DNA of 35,483 nucleotides from a virus. Lineage: Duplodnaviria > Caudoviricetes. Positions 27,186 to 35,034 of the stretch are shown piece after piece (within the stretch, counting starts at the first letter, position 1; every line of letters begins with the position of its first letter). Below the pieces are notes generated by a model. The model searched no databases, was not told the origin of the DNA, and saw nothing but the letters and a program-made list of their open reading frames with translations. The DNA lies in the IMG/VR virus record IMGVR_UViG_3300012942_000541, positions 1-35,483 of that record. One strand, written 5' to 3'. The translations under genes and the position numbers were made by a program.

Positions 27186-27212
27186 AAGGCGGTTCTTCGG
27201 AGCCGCCTTTTT
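27186..27212 (+). terminator. Rho-independent terminator with C(UUCG)G loop
   Basis: AAGGCGGTTC-TTCG-GAGCCGCCTT-TTT. Confidence 0.9.
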
Positions 27213-27374
27213 CATTCCGCTCGTTCTCTCCAGAAAGACGCCGGCGGCCTTGAGGATAGTGCGTCCTCGGGGGGCAGGCCGCCGGCTGCACTCGTTGAGG
27301 CGTGTGCGGATTGATCCTTCCCGAATGAAGGCGCGGCGTCAAGCGCCGCCATCATCATCAAAATAGAGGTCGAT

Positions 27375-27593
27375 ATGCAACTGGCATCCGAATGGGGGCG
27401 CATTTTGCGCCATGCCTGGTCAGTCAGGCTCATCGCGCTCGCCATCGCCGCTTCTCTCATTGAGGGCGCTGTTTCGCTTGCCGGCGAACTTACCGGCCTG
27501 CCGTTCTGGCTTCACGCCGTCGTCGTCATCATCGCGCCGCTGGTTGGTATGGGCGCTCTGTTCGCTCGTTTTCTGGCGCAAAAGGAATTCTGA
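27375..27593 (+). CDS. Putative holin
   Basis: WGRILRHAWSVRL then two TM helices; directly before the endolysin. Confidence 0.7.
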   Translation: MQLASEWGRILRHAWSVRLIALAIAASLIEGAVSLAGELTGLPFWLHAVVVIIAPLVGMGALFARFLAQKEF

Positions 27594-28057
27594 TGCCTGT
27601 GAACAATCCGAAACGGCTCGCGACCGGGACAGTCGCGGGCGCGATGCTCGTCGCGCTGGTGGGAGGCTTTGAGGGGCTGAGGCAGACTGCCTATCAGGAC
27701 GTGGGCGGCGTCTGGACGGTGTGCTACGGCGAAACCCAGCACGTCCATCCGGGCGATCGATACACCCCTGCGCAATGCAAGGCGAAGCTTTCCACTTCCC
27801 TGCAAAAATACGCCAAGGGCATTTCGGCCTGCGTCCATGTTCCGATGCCCGACAAGCGGTTCATCGCCCTGACGTCCTTCGCCTACAACGTTGGCGTCCG
27901 GACGGCGTGTCATTCCTCCGTCGTGCGCCTCATAAACGAAGGCCGCGCCGTCGAGGGATGCAACTACCTTCTCCATTACAACCGCGCGGCCGGGATCATC
28001 TTCCCCGGTCTGACCCGTCGTCGTGAGCGGGAACGCGCCTATTGCCTCGCCAACTGA
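27593..28057 (+). CDS. Endolysin, GH24 lysozyme with SAR-like N-terminus
   Basis: E-x8-D-x5-T triad (EGLRQTAYQDVGGVWT), FAYNVG, GLTRRRERE; Gly/Ala-rich N-terminal segment. Confidence 0.93.
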   Translation: MPVNNPKRLATGTVAGAMLVALVGGFEGLRQTAYQDVGGVWTVCYGETQHVHPGDRYTPAQCKAKLSTSLQKYAKGISACVHVPMPDKRFIALTSFAYNVGVRTACHSSVVRLINEGRAVEGCNYLLHYNRAAGIIFPGLTRRRERERAYCLAN

Positions 28058-28068
28058 AAGGTACAGCC

Positions 28069-28440
28069 ATGAGCTTCTTCAACAACGTGAAAGCGGAAAT
28101 GGACAAGATGAAAACCGAAACGGAAGCCGTGGCGGAAAAGGTCGCTGCCGATGTGGAATCGCTTGTCGCCAAAGCGGAGGAGGGCGTCAAGAATGCGCTG
28201 GAAAGCGCCGAAACACAGGCCGCGCATGTGATCGCGGCTTTCGACGACGCGGCGGCATCCGCTCTGGCCGAACTCTCCGCGCTCGAAACAAAGCTTATGG
28301 GCGAAGTCGAAAGCCGCACCTCGATGCTCACCCAGGTTCGCGACCGCAAAGCCAAGCTGCAAACGATTGTCCCGGCCGCCCCAGCGCCCGCTGACACGGC
28401 CGCCGGCTCCGGTGGCATTCCGATGCCCGTCGCCGCATGA
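28069..28440 (+). CDS. Amphipathic helical Ala/Glu/Lys-rich protein
   Basis: ATG 28069 after AAGG; stop coupled to the next gene. Confidence 0.7.
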   Translation: MSFFNNVKAEMDKMKTETEAVAEKVAADVESLVAKAEEGVKNALESAETQAAHVIAAFDDAAASALAELSALETKLMGEVESRTSMLTQVRDRKAKLQTIVPAAPAPADTAAGSGGIPMPVAA

Positions 28441-28820
28441 TCGCGTTCCTCATCGCGCTCTGGCGCGCCACGCCAGCATCCGTCAAGGCTGGACTGGCCG
28501 GCGTCCTGATCGCCGTCGCGACCTATTTCGGCTTTCGCATTTGGCTGGCGCGGCACGACGCTTCGATCCTCAAGGGCTATGTGACACAAGCCAGGCTGGA
28601 CTCCGCGAATGCGACGGTGGCCGAACTCCAACGGCAGAAAGAGGCGTCCGACTACGCCGTCGCCTCCTACACAAAGCAACTCGCGAAGGCTGAGGCCGAT
28701 CAAGCCGCGCAATCCGCGAAAACCGAACAGGAAATCTCCGACTATGAAGCGAAGCTCAAGGTTGCCGATCGTGCTTGTCTGCTTGATCAGTCCGATCTGG
28801 ATTTCGAGCTGCACTACTAG
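28437..28820 (+). CDS. Inner-membrane spanin (Rz-like)
   Basis: N-terminal TM, coiled coil, C-terminal Cys. Confidence 0.7.
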   Translation: MIAFLIALWRATPASVKAGLAGVLIAVATYFGFRIWLARHDASILKGYVTQARLDSANATVAELQRQKEASDYAVASYTKQLAKAEADQAAQSAKTEQEISDYEAKLKVADRACLLDQSDLDFELHY

Positions 28821-29049
28821 CCAGGAACTGGCCCGCGCCTCGGCCGCACAAGGCCGCATAACAGCGGGAGTGCATCTTCCGGCGCTCCCGGCCGATTGCC
28901 GCGTCAAGGAGCCTCACGCGCCCATGAAAGTCGGGGATGAGGCCCGCGCCGTCCTCAAACGCGAGCGCGGTCAGCTCGACAAGGCGAACGCGCGGGTCGG
29001 AAGGTGCGCCGGCTTTTACGACACAACCCGGAAGGCCTTCGAGAAATGA
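28744..29049 (+). CDS. Outer-membrane spanin lipoprotein (Rz1-like)
   Basis: MKRSSRLPIVLVCLISPIWISSC lipoprotein signal overlapping the Rz-like 3' end; LPALPADCR. Confidence 0.7.
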   Translation: MKRSSRLPIVLVCLISPIWISSCTTSQELARASAAQGRITAGVHLPALPADCRVKEPHAPMKVGDEARAVLKRERGQLDKANARVGRCAGFYDTTRKAFEK

Positions 29050-29150
29050 CCGAAGACCCGAATGAGGACCCGGATCTGTTCTGGTGCTACTTCCTCGGAC
29101 TTTTCATTCTGGGAGTTTTCATCATCTGGGCCGCGACATTCGTCGGATGA
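29046..29150 (+). CDS. 34-aa single-TM peptide (below the ORF-track cutoff)
   Basis: MTEDPNEDPDLFWCYFLGLFILGVFIIWAATFVG; ATGA overlap with the spanin stop. Confidence 0.6.
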   Translation: MTEDPNEDPDLFWCYFLGLFILGVFIIWAATFVG

Positions 29151-29294
29151 GAAAGCCGGGCCGGCGATCCGTAGGAGCGGAAAGCCGACCCTAACCAACA
29201 ACCGAACTTTGGGGATCGGTCACGGCTGGCAGCAATTTGAACGCCAACCGTTTCCGATCGGTGAATCGCATAGCAGAATTGGGCAGATGGGCGA

Positions 29295-29657
29295 ATGGCG
29301 GACGAATCCATGGAAGCTGAACTCGCGCGCTTTGACGAGAAATTCAAATCGATGGAGCGAATGCTCGCCGAGATCGTCGCCAATCAGAAAGAGGCGTCGG
29401 AAGGCCGGCGCCGGGGCTATGAAGCACAGGAACGGACAGAGCGCGAAGTAATCGGGCTCACGCACCGCATGACGGCCGTGGAGAAGAGCGTCGAGGCGAT
29501 CAAGCCGACGACGGCGGAACTGGAGCGCGTCCGGGACCGCGCCATTGTCGCCGGCAAGCTCGGCAAGCTGATCTGGGAAGTCGCGAAGGCCCTTATTGCA
29601 GCCGCTGCCGGTGCTGTCACGCTCTACTATACGATGACGGGGAAGCCTCCGCCCTGA
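29295..29657 (+). CDS. Coiled-coil protein with C-terminal TM (DUF1515/XhlA-like lysis accessory)
   Basis: Coiled coil followed by IWEVAKALIAAAAGAVTLYY. Confidence 0.65.
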   Translation: MADESMEAELARFDEKFKSMERMLAEIVANQKEASEGRRRGYEAQERTEREVIGLTHRMTAVEKSVEAIKPTTAELERVRDRAIVAGKLGKLIWEVAKALIAAAAGAVTLYYTMTGKPPP

Positions 29658-29835
29658 GGAACTTCCAGAAATTTCAACCGTTTGGTCATCTGCGATGTGC
29701 CATTCTTCGCATCGGCATCTTTACCGCACTGCACAATGACACCATATTGTGCGAATAGCACATCCGGCATACAGTCCGATTCGAAGCTCGCGGGAGGCTT
29801 CTTTGGCTGTGATGCCAAAGATGGAGCGAATGAAA

Positions 29836-30399
29836 ATGCTGCTACCCGGATATGATGTCGCTAAGGCGGCTCAGGTGGTTGCCTATTTTGCGCTCAAATC
29901 TGGCGGAAAAATCAACGTGTTAAAATTGGCCAAGCTTCTTTATTTGGCTGATCGGGAATTTATGATCCGCTATGACGAACCCATGCTCTATGATCGGCTG
30001 GTTTCCATGCCGGACGGCCCCGTAACTTCCATAACAAACAATTTCATCGACGGTCGGCTTGAAGCGAGGATTTGGCAGACGTTCGTCTCTCCGCGCAGAG
30101 GATATGACGTATCGGCCGCAGGAGATATTGACTTTGAAGCGCTTGACGAACTGAGCCGAGCCGAGGTCGAGGTTCTTGAACATCTTTGGAGTAAGTTCGG
30201 CAGTTACGACAAATACGCCATTAGAGACTGGACGCACAATAAGGCGAACGTTCCGGAGTGGGAGGATCCCAAGGGGTCCTCATACGACATTTCATATGAA
30301 AAGATTTTCCGGCTCCTCGGGAAGCCCGATGCCAAGGCGCTAAATCAGCAGATCGATGAACGCCGGAAACTGTTTAAGGTTTTGTCAAATCACGCATGA
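29836..30399 (+). CDS. Panacea-domain (DUF4065/SocA-like) antitoxin
   Basis: LKLAKLLYLADRE, SMPDGPV, DWTH..VPEW motifs; start chosen by GGAG spacing (29812-29836 possible). Confidence 0.88.
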   Translation: MLLPGYDVAKAAQVVAYFALKSGGKINVLKLAKLLYLADREFMIRYDEPMLYDRLVSMPDGPVTSITNNFIDGRLEARIWQTFVSPRRGYDVSAAGDIDFEALDELSRAEVEVLEHLWSKFGSYDKYAIRDWTHNKANVPEWEDPKGSSYDISYEKIFRLLGKPDAKALNQQIDERRKLFKVLSNHA

Positions 30400-30785
30400 T
30401 TTACGCCCCTTGTCCGAAGGGGACGCTACTCATTCCCTCGGGCCCCCGTGATCTCAATCATCTTTTCATTATTGTGACCAACGTATGCAGCGACGGTCAG
30501 CATCTACTATTCTCGGTGTGCTCAATCCGCCCTGGCGTCGCCTATGATCCCGCATGCCAATTTGTGGGTGGCGAACATGAGTTTATCAATGGTCCGAGCT
30601 ATATTTACTATCGACGCCCAGATAGACGGCTGGCCTCAAGCATAGTGAGCTTGGTCTCAAAGGGATATTTCACCGTAAAGGCGGATTTGGCTCAATCTCA
30701 TTTCGATCGCGTATGTGAGGGAGTTGGCGCGTCTGCATTCACTACGCCAACTACGTGGAAGTATTTTCAGATGAACCGGCCGTGA
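30396..30785 (+). CDS. Putative cognate toxin (possibly PemK/MazF-like fold)
   Basis: ATGA coupled to the Panacea gene; HLFIIV..SVCS..DPAC..GEHEFI..SYIYY. Confidence 0.55.
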   Translation: MIYAPCPKGTLLIPSGPRDLNHLFIIVTNVCSDGQHLLFSVCSIRPGVAYDPACQFVGGEHEFINGPSYIYYRRPDRRLASSIVSLVSKGYFTVKADLAQSHFDRVCEGVGASAFTTPTTWKYFQMNRP

Positions 30786-30812
30786 CAGTTTCCAAATACC
30801 CGCGGTATGAGC

Positions 30813-30846
30813 GCCCGCTGTCGGTTCTCCGGCAGCGGGCTTTTTT
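30813..30846 (+). terminator. Rho-independent terminator
   Basis: GCCCGCTGTCGG-TTCT-CCGGCAGCGGGC-TTTTTT. Confidence 0.9.
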
Positions 30847-30854
30847 GCGTTTGC

Positions 30855-31064
30855 TTAGGTTTTGTTTTCGGGCTGCTCTTCAGTGCCAGCAACCACACCG
30901 CCGCTTTCTGTGTCCCATCCTATCGCGTGCAATACCGCATCGACCTCCTTAAGGAAGCTCATCCACATAGGTTTGCCTTCAAACGTGATATTGGCGGCCA
31001 CGCCATGGAAATGGCATAGGGCTCGCGCTGCAAGTTCTCGTTTGTCTTTCGGCTTCTTCGGCAT
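30855..31064 (-). CDS. Hypothetical protein
   Basis: RELAARALC..FEGKPMWMSFL..VDAVL; ATG 31064. Confidence 0.65.
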   Translation of the reverse strand: MPKKPKDKRELAARALCHFHGVAANITFEGKPMWMSFLKEVDAVLHAIGWDTESGGVVAGTEEQPENKT

Positions 31065-31180
31065 ATTGCACCTATTGCGGCTTCTCCGCACATCGCACGA
31101 TCTTGTCAGCGATAGGGAAAGCGGTCAATCCAGACCGACAGCGGACTTTGTTTTGCATCCAGAGCGTGTTTCAATAGCGG

Positions 31181-31447
31181 ATGGTCTGGACCTTTCAATC
31201 TCTCATCGACGGCGGGATGCACATCGAGGCATATTGCCAGTCTTGCAACCATCATTCCTCGCTTGATTTGGAAAAGCTTCGGGACCGATTCGGGCCGGAT
31301 GCGCCGGCAATGGAATGGGATATTAAGCCGAAACTGAAATGCGCTCGCTGCGGCGGCAAGAAGCTTGGCCTGATCTATTCGCCCGACACATCCAAGGTGA
31401 AGGGTATGTGGGATGGGCGCGCCTATGCCAAGGCTAAAGGTCGATAG
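31181..31447 (+). CDS. Small zinc-finger protein
   Basis: CQSC...LKCARCGGK. Confidence 0.75.
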   Translation: MVWTFQSLIDGGMHIEAYCQSCNHHSSLDLEKLRDRFGPDAPAMEWDIKPKLKCARCGGKKLGLIYSPDTSKVKGMWDGRAYAKAKGR

Positions 31448-31532
31448 CCCATCTCACTAGCTCATAGATCGCCACACCCGCCAGCACAAATGGAACAGCA
31501 TAGAGGGTTGCGCGGCGTGAGGCGAAGTTCAT
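31434..31532 (-). CDS. Small TM peptide
   Basis: MNFASRRATLYAVPFVLAGVAIYELVRWAIDL; ATGA coupling. Confidence 0.45.
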   Translation of the reverse strand: MNFASRRATLYAVPFVLAGVAIYELVRWAIDL

Positions 31533-31678
31533 GGGCGCACGCCAAGCCGAATGGCCATTTGCGCCAGCTCCGATAGAGATCGTTTGTCGAGACCGACGAT
31601 AGGTCCATAGCGGCTCTGAATTGCGAAGAGCAGTCTTTCGCGGGTTGCCAGACAATCGAACAAGTTTCCGAGATTCAT
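31529..31678 (-). CDS. Hypothetical protein
   Basis: ATG 31678 overlaps the upstream stop; GGAGG RBS. Confidence 0.55.
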   Translation of the reverse strand: MNLGNLFDCLATRERLLFAIQSRYGPIVGLDKRSLSELAQMAIRLGVRP

Positions 31679-31977
31679 ACGCCCTCCTTGCTCTGTTGAA
31701 GGGCGGCGATACGCGGATCGGCCAAGGCCTGTTGCATTACATCGCGCAGCGCTTCTGCCGGCGAACCGCCCTTCGTATCTACATGAAAGCCGCTGTCCAG
31801 AGGATCGCCAGACTTGGTGCTGTCGAGCAGGTGTTTTTGATCTCCCTGTCCATCGACGGCACATGATGCATGCGCCCCGATGCTGCATTGCCCCACGCTC
31901 CACCAGAAGCCGGGTAGCTTGCGTTCGAACTCTTCGACGGCAGCGGCAAATTCCAGCGTGTCAGTGCCCCATGGCAT
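31675..31977 (-). CDS. Hypothetical protein
   Basis: AGGAG RBS; LPGFWWSVGQC motif. Confidence 0.7.
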   Translation of the reverse strand: MPWGTDTLEFAAAVEEFERKLPGFWWSVGQCSIGAHASCAVDGQGDQKHLLDSTKSGDPLDSGFHVDTKGGSPAEALRDVMQQALADPRIAALQQSKEGV

Positions 31978-31989
31978 CGTCTATCTCCT

Positions 31990-32688
31990 TCACTGTGATG
32001 GCGGCGGGACGGGCGACGAGGCGCGCGTCTCTTCCCAGGCTTGGATGCTTACCGGCACTACCGTGCGCGCAAGAAGACGCATGGCCTCAGCATAGACCCG
32101 GATTTCATATTGCGCGTGTGAATGGAGCCGTAGATCCAGGAAATGTAGGAGGTTCCGAAGATCAACCTTCGCGAACATATGGCTGTAGGTTGCCACCGGG
32201 AGGACGGACCGAGCCAATTCGCGAGGTACACCAGCACCAAGCATGCCGCGGTATGAGACGAAGGCCTGCTCGCACGTTGACAGGATCATCGCGGACGCGT
32301 CGATGTTCACCCCACCGCCGATATCACGCGCTTGCTTATTGTCCTTTGACTGAACGCCAATCTGTCCCGGCGCAGGTACATAGAATTCCTCTGGCAATTC
32401 CCGGTATCGAGCCGATAATTCGTTGAAGCTCCATGTCCGGTGGCGATGCCATTGCCGAAATACGAAGATCGGGGCCTTGACCTCGAACTGAAACTCGACT
32501 GCCTCGAAGGGAGAGGTGTGCTTGTTGCGCCAGAGATACCGGATCAAACGTACATCGCTGCCTTCATCCTCGCCGGCACGCCATGCTGCATCGTAGGAAA
32601 CGCGGGCCGCGCGCACGACCGCCAGATCGGAGCCCATACTATCGACCAGACGCACGAATCCGTGGTCGAGAACGTCAACCCTGTCCAT
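31990..32688 (-). CDS. thyX: Flavin-dependent thymidylate synthase
   Basis: RHRx7S signature (RHRTWSFNELSARY), AARVSY, HTSPFE, HAQYEIR. Confidence 0.97.
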   Translation of the reverse strand: MDRVDVLDHGFVRLVDSMGSDLAVVRAARVSYDAAWRAGEDEGSDVRLIRYLWRNKHTSPFEAVEFQFEVKAPIFVFRQWHRHRTWSFNELSARYRELPEEFYVPAPGQIGVQSKDNKQARDIGGGVNIDASAMILSTCEQAFVSYRGMLGAGVPRELARSVLPVATYSHMFAKVDLRNLLHFLDLRLHSHAQYEIRVYAEAMRLLARTVVPVSIQAWEETRASSPVPPPSQ

Positions 32689-32899
32689 TTGTTTGCTCCA
32701 ACTTTGAGATTTCGCGGTCGAGGTACCAGCGCGCCTTTTTCAGGTCTTGGACGATGGCGTCCTTCTTCCCGGCCCGAGAGATGTATTTGACGGTGTTCCC
32801 TAAGCAGAAGCCGAGGTTCCATGCCTCAATTACCTTGATCGCTTCGTAGGGGTTATCCGCGCCCCCATAGTGAGCCGGATGGTCAACGGCTTCGTTCAT
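32675..32899 (-). CDS. DUF3310 protein (T7 gp1.7-like nucleotide kinase family)
   Basis: VDHPAHY..FCLGNTVKYISRAGKK..DLKKARWYL. Confidence 0.9.
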   Translation of the reverse strand: MNEAVDHPAHYGGADNPYEAIKVIEAWNLGFCLGNTVKYISRAGKKDAIVQDLKKARWYLDREISKLEQTNGQG

Positions 32900-32935
32900 G
32901 CTTCATCTCCTATCTGGAAGAGGGGAGGGGAACGG

Positions 32936-33160
32936 AAAAGGTGCGGGGGTCGCGCGAATTTCCACAAGGTTTTCAATGCCAGAAATGGGGCTAATCTGGC
33001 CGATAGGTGCGGGAAATAGTATAGCATATCCAGTTGATCCTGCTTGCATTTTCTTCGATCAGTTTTAACCCTAACGGATGGTTAATAGCCCAAGAAAAAG
33101 TGCTTGGCTTTCAAGCTCTTGCACCGTCATTTACCCGCACCTTTTGCGGGGTGCGGGTAT
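32936..33160. other. Putative attP with integrase arm-type repeats
   Basis: GGTGCGGG copies at 32936-32947, 33005-33017, 33129-33145 (inverted) and 33148-33160 around an AT-rich centre at the int 3' end. Confidence 0.7.
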
Positions 33161-34173
33161 AGCTTGTTCGCCGCGCGTTCCGCCAATCGCACCCGATCCG
33201 CCTTCTTCGTATAGATTTCGGCTACCTTGGTAGAGGTCCACCCGTACATCGCTGTAAGTTCGAAGGGTGTTGCGCCGTTGTTGGCCGCGAAGGTTGCGCC
33301 TGCCTTCCGTAGGCCATGGGCGCGCCCCGGAACGCCGGCCTCTTCGCATCGTGCGGCAAACCAATAACCGAAGCTGATATTCTTCCATGGCCGTCCACGC
33401 GTGTTGATGAGGAACACCAAATCGCCGGTCCTCGTCGCTTCGATCGACTTCGCCAGCGGCGGCAGGACTGGGATGGTGATCTCCGCGCCAGTCTTCTCCG
33501 TTCGAATACTGATGACGCCATTTTTGACGTGCTGCCTGCCGAGCGTGATCGCGTCAGATCTTCGGAGGCCAGTATAGAGCATGATATCGAGTGCGAGCCG
33601 GGCTTGTGTTCCGATTGCGTGCCGCTCCTGGTATTTGGCGACTTCTTCTACCGTCCACGTGTGATAGCCGTCCGTCTTTGATGGGCTAACCTTGATGTTC
33701 TCGGCGGGATTGACGCCTATCCAGCCGCTGTCTTTGGCAAACCGCAGCAGGGCGCGCATGGTGCGGACGTATTCGAGCGCCATGGTGGGCGTGCGTTCCC
33801 GGCGAACCATGGCAGCGCGAATATCGGCTTCATCTATTGCCGCGAAATTTAGATCACTCCCGTTCTCGCAGGCTTTTTCCAGCGCAAGACGTTGATTGCG
33901 TTTCGTGTTGGGGCGAAGCTTGTCGAAACGGCCACTCTCGTAATACCGGTCTACCAGCCACCGGAGCGTCGATCGCGGCGCCTCAGTCCGCTTCCCTACC
34001 TGCGTGCCAGCCAGCGCCGCATTATAGGCTGCGTTGAACTCTTTCGATCCAAAGACGCCGGGGAGCCTGACACGCTTCTCTTTACCACGCCGGAAATACC
34101 ATACGACCTTTCCGTGACGGGTCGTCTCTTTCTGAATAAACGGCTTCCGAGGGCGAGGCATAGAAGGCATCAC
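33127..34173 (-). CDS. int: Tyrosine recombinase / phage integrase
   Basis: TGLRRSD (R), EKTG (K), HGLRK, GW, EIYT (Y); N-terminal RHGKVVWYFRR arm-binding domain. Confidence 0.96.
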   Translation of the reverse strand: MMPSMPRPRKPFIQKETTRHGKVVWYFRRGKEKRVRLPGVFGSKEFNAAYNAALAGTQVGKRTEAPRSTLRWLVDRYYESGRFDKLRPNTKRNQRLALEKACENGSDLNFAAIDEADIRAAMVRRERTPTMALEYVRTMRALLRFAKDSGWIGVNPAENIKVSPSKTDGYHTWTVEEVAKYQERHAIGTQARLALDIMLYTGLRRSDAITLGRQHVKNGVISIRTEKTGAEITIPVLPPLAKSIEATRTGDLVFLINTRGRPWKNISFGYWFAARCEEAGVPGRAHGLRKAGATFAANNGATPFELTAMYGWTSTKVAEIYTKKADRVRLAERAANKLYPHPAKGAGK

Positions 34174-34352
34174 ATGAAGCCCTTACCCTTCTCGTCAATC
34201 GACTTTTCTTCCTGTGCAAGACTTCCGGGGACATTGGGGACAAGCTCAATCACTGTCTTGCCAATCCGTATACGCGTGATGCAGCCGGCCTTTTTCGCTC
34301 CCTCGCATAGAGCTTTCACCTGGCGCTGCGTAAGATCGAGCCTAGCCGCCAT
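34170..34352 (-). CDS. Small xis-like gene upstream of the integrase
   Basis: MAARLDLTQRQVKALCEGAKKAG..IRIGKTVIELVP; GGGAG RBS; coupled to int; function inferred from position. Confidence 0.55.
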   Translation of the reverse strand: MAARLDLTQRQVKALCEGAKKAGCITRIRIGKTVIELVPNVPGSLAQEEKSIDEKGKGFM

Positions 34353-34854
34353 AAAAGGCTCCCTCATGTCGAGCGCGCTCAGCCTCATAGGCTGCCTTTG
34401 CGGCGTCAATTGTAGGGAATGAACCGATGTAGATGGCCTTTCCAAAGACTTGAATCTTGGACTTGTAAGGGTTTTTTCGGCTTTTCTCGTTTAGATATAC
34501 CCCGCGCGGCAGAACGTTTTTCCGTGGTTGCTCAGCGTTAGTCATATTCTGTTGGTGTGTTGCTATTCTGAGATTAGACCAACGGTTATCCGTCTTCTTT
34601 CGATTTATATGATCGATGAACATTCCAACGGGGATATCGTGTCCTGTCATTAACGCATACGCCACCCGATGGGCTAAAATAGTGCGCCTTCTGCCCTCTT
34701 CGGTGAGGTCAACCGATAGATACCCTCGCGCATCAAGTCGCCCAACTGGCCGAAGAACGCCGGACGCATTGCCATATAATTGGCCGCTAGTCGGCTCATA
34801 CGCGTATTTGGTACGAAGGGCCTCGACGGGGAGGGGTAGCGCGACTTTTGGCAT
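34342..34854 (-). CDS. HNH endonuclease with C-terminal AP2-like domain
   Basis: LAHRVAY..IDHINRKKTDNRWSNLR..NMTN; RGVY..YIGSFPTIDAAKAAY; GGAG RBS before ATG 34854. Confidence 0.9.
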   Translation of the reverse strand: MPKVALPLPVEALRTKYAYEPTSGQLYGNASGVLRPVGRLDARGYLSVDLTEEGRRRTILAHRVAYALMTGHDIPVGMFIDHINRKKTDNRWSNLRIATHQQNMTNAEQPRKNVLPRGVYLNEKSRKNPYKSKIQVFGKAIYIGSFPTIDAAKAAYEAERARHEGAFYGG

Positions 34855-34926
34855 ATTGTTGGTCTCCAATCTTGTTGGAAAACCGTACCATATTTCTGAA
34901 GCGTACAACACAAAAATTTGTACGTT

Positions 34927-35034
34927 TCGGATAACCTTGTCGCCCATCTTGACTTCCACAATGGCATGTTCCGCTTCCGCGGCTCGCAGAAGCGTTTGAG
35001 CCTCCCGCTTGGTGAGGATCAGCGGCTTGCTCAC
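34927..35034 (-). pseudogene. Truncated xis-like paralogue reading in frame into the HNH gene
   Basis: GTG 35034 coupled to the upstream stop; LILTKREAQTLLRAAEAEHAIVEVKMGDKVIR aligns by eye with 34170-34352. Confidence 0.5.

Larger units (their letters stand above)
26937..27212 (+). ncRNA. Putative guide-like RNA: hairpin leader, pentamer array, terminator
   Basis: Leader hairpins 26951-26986, phased array 26993-27177, terminator 27186-27212. Confidence 0.65.

Noticed and set aside
33065-33085. CtrA box in the att region
   Set aside because: TTAA half-sites are 13 bp apart, not 7
32900-33126. tRNA or tRNA fragment at att
   Set aside because: No T-arm/CCA or cloverleaf pattern recognised
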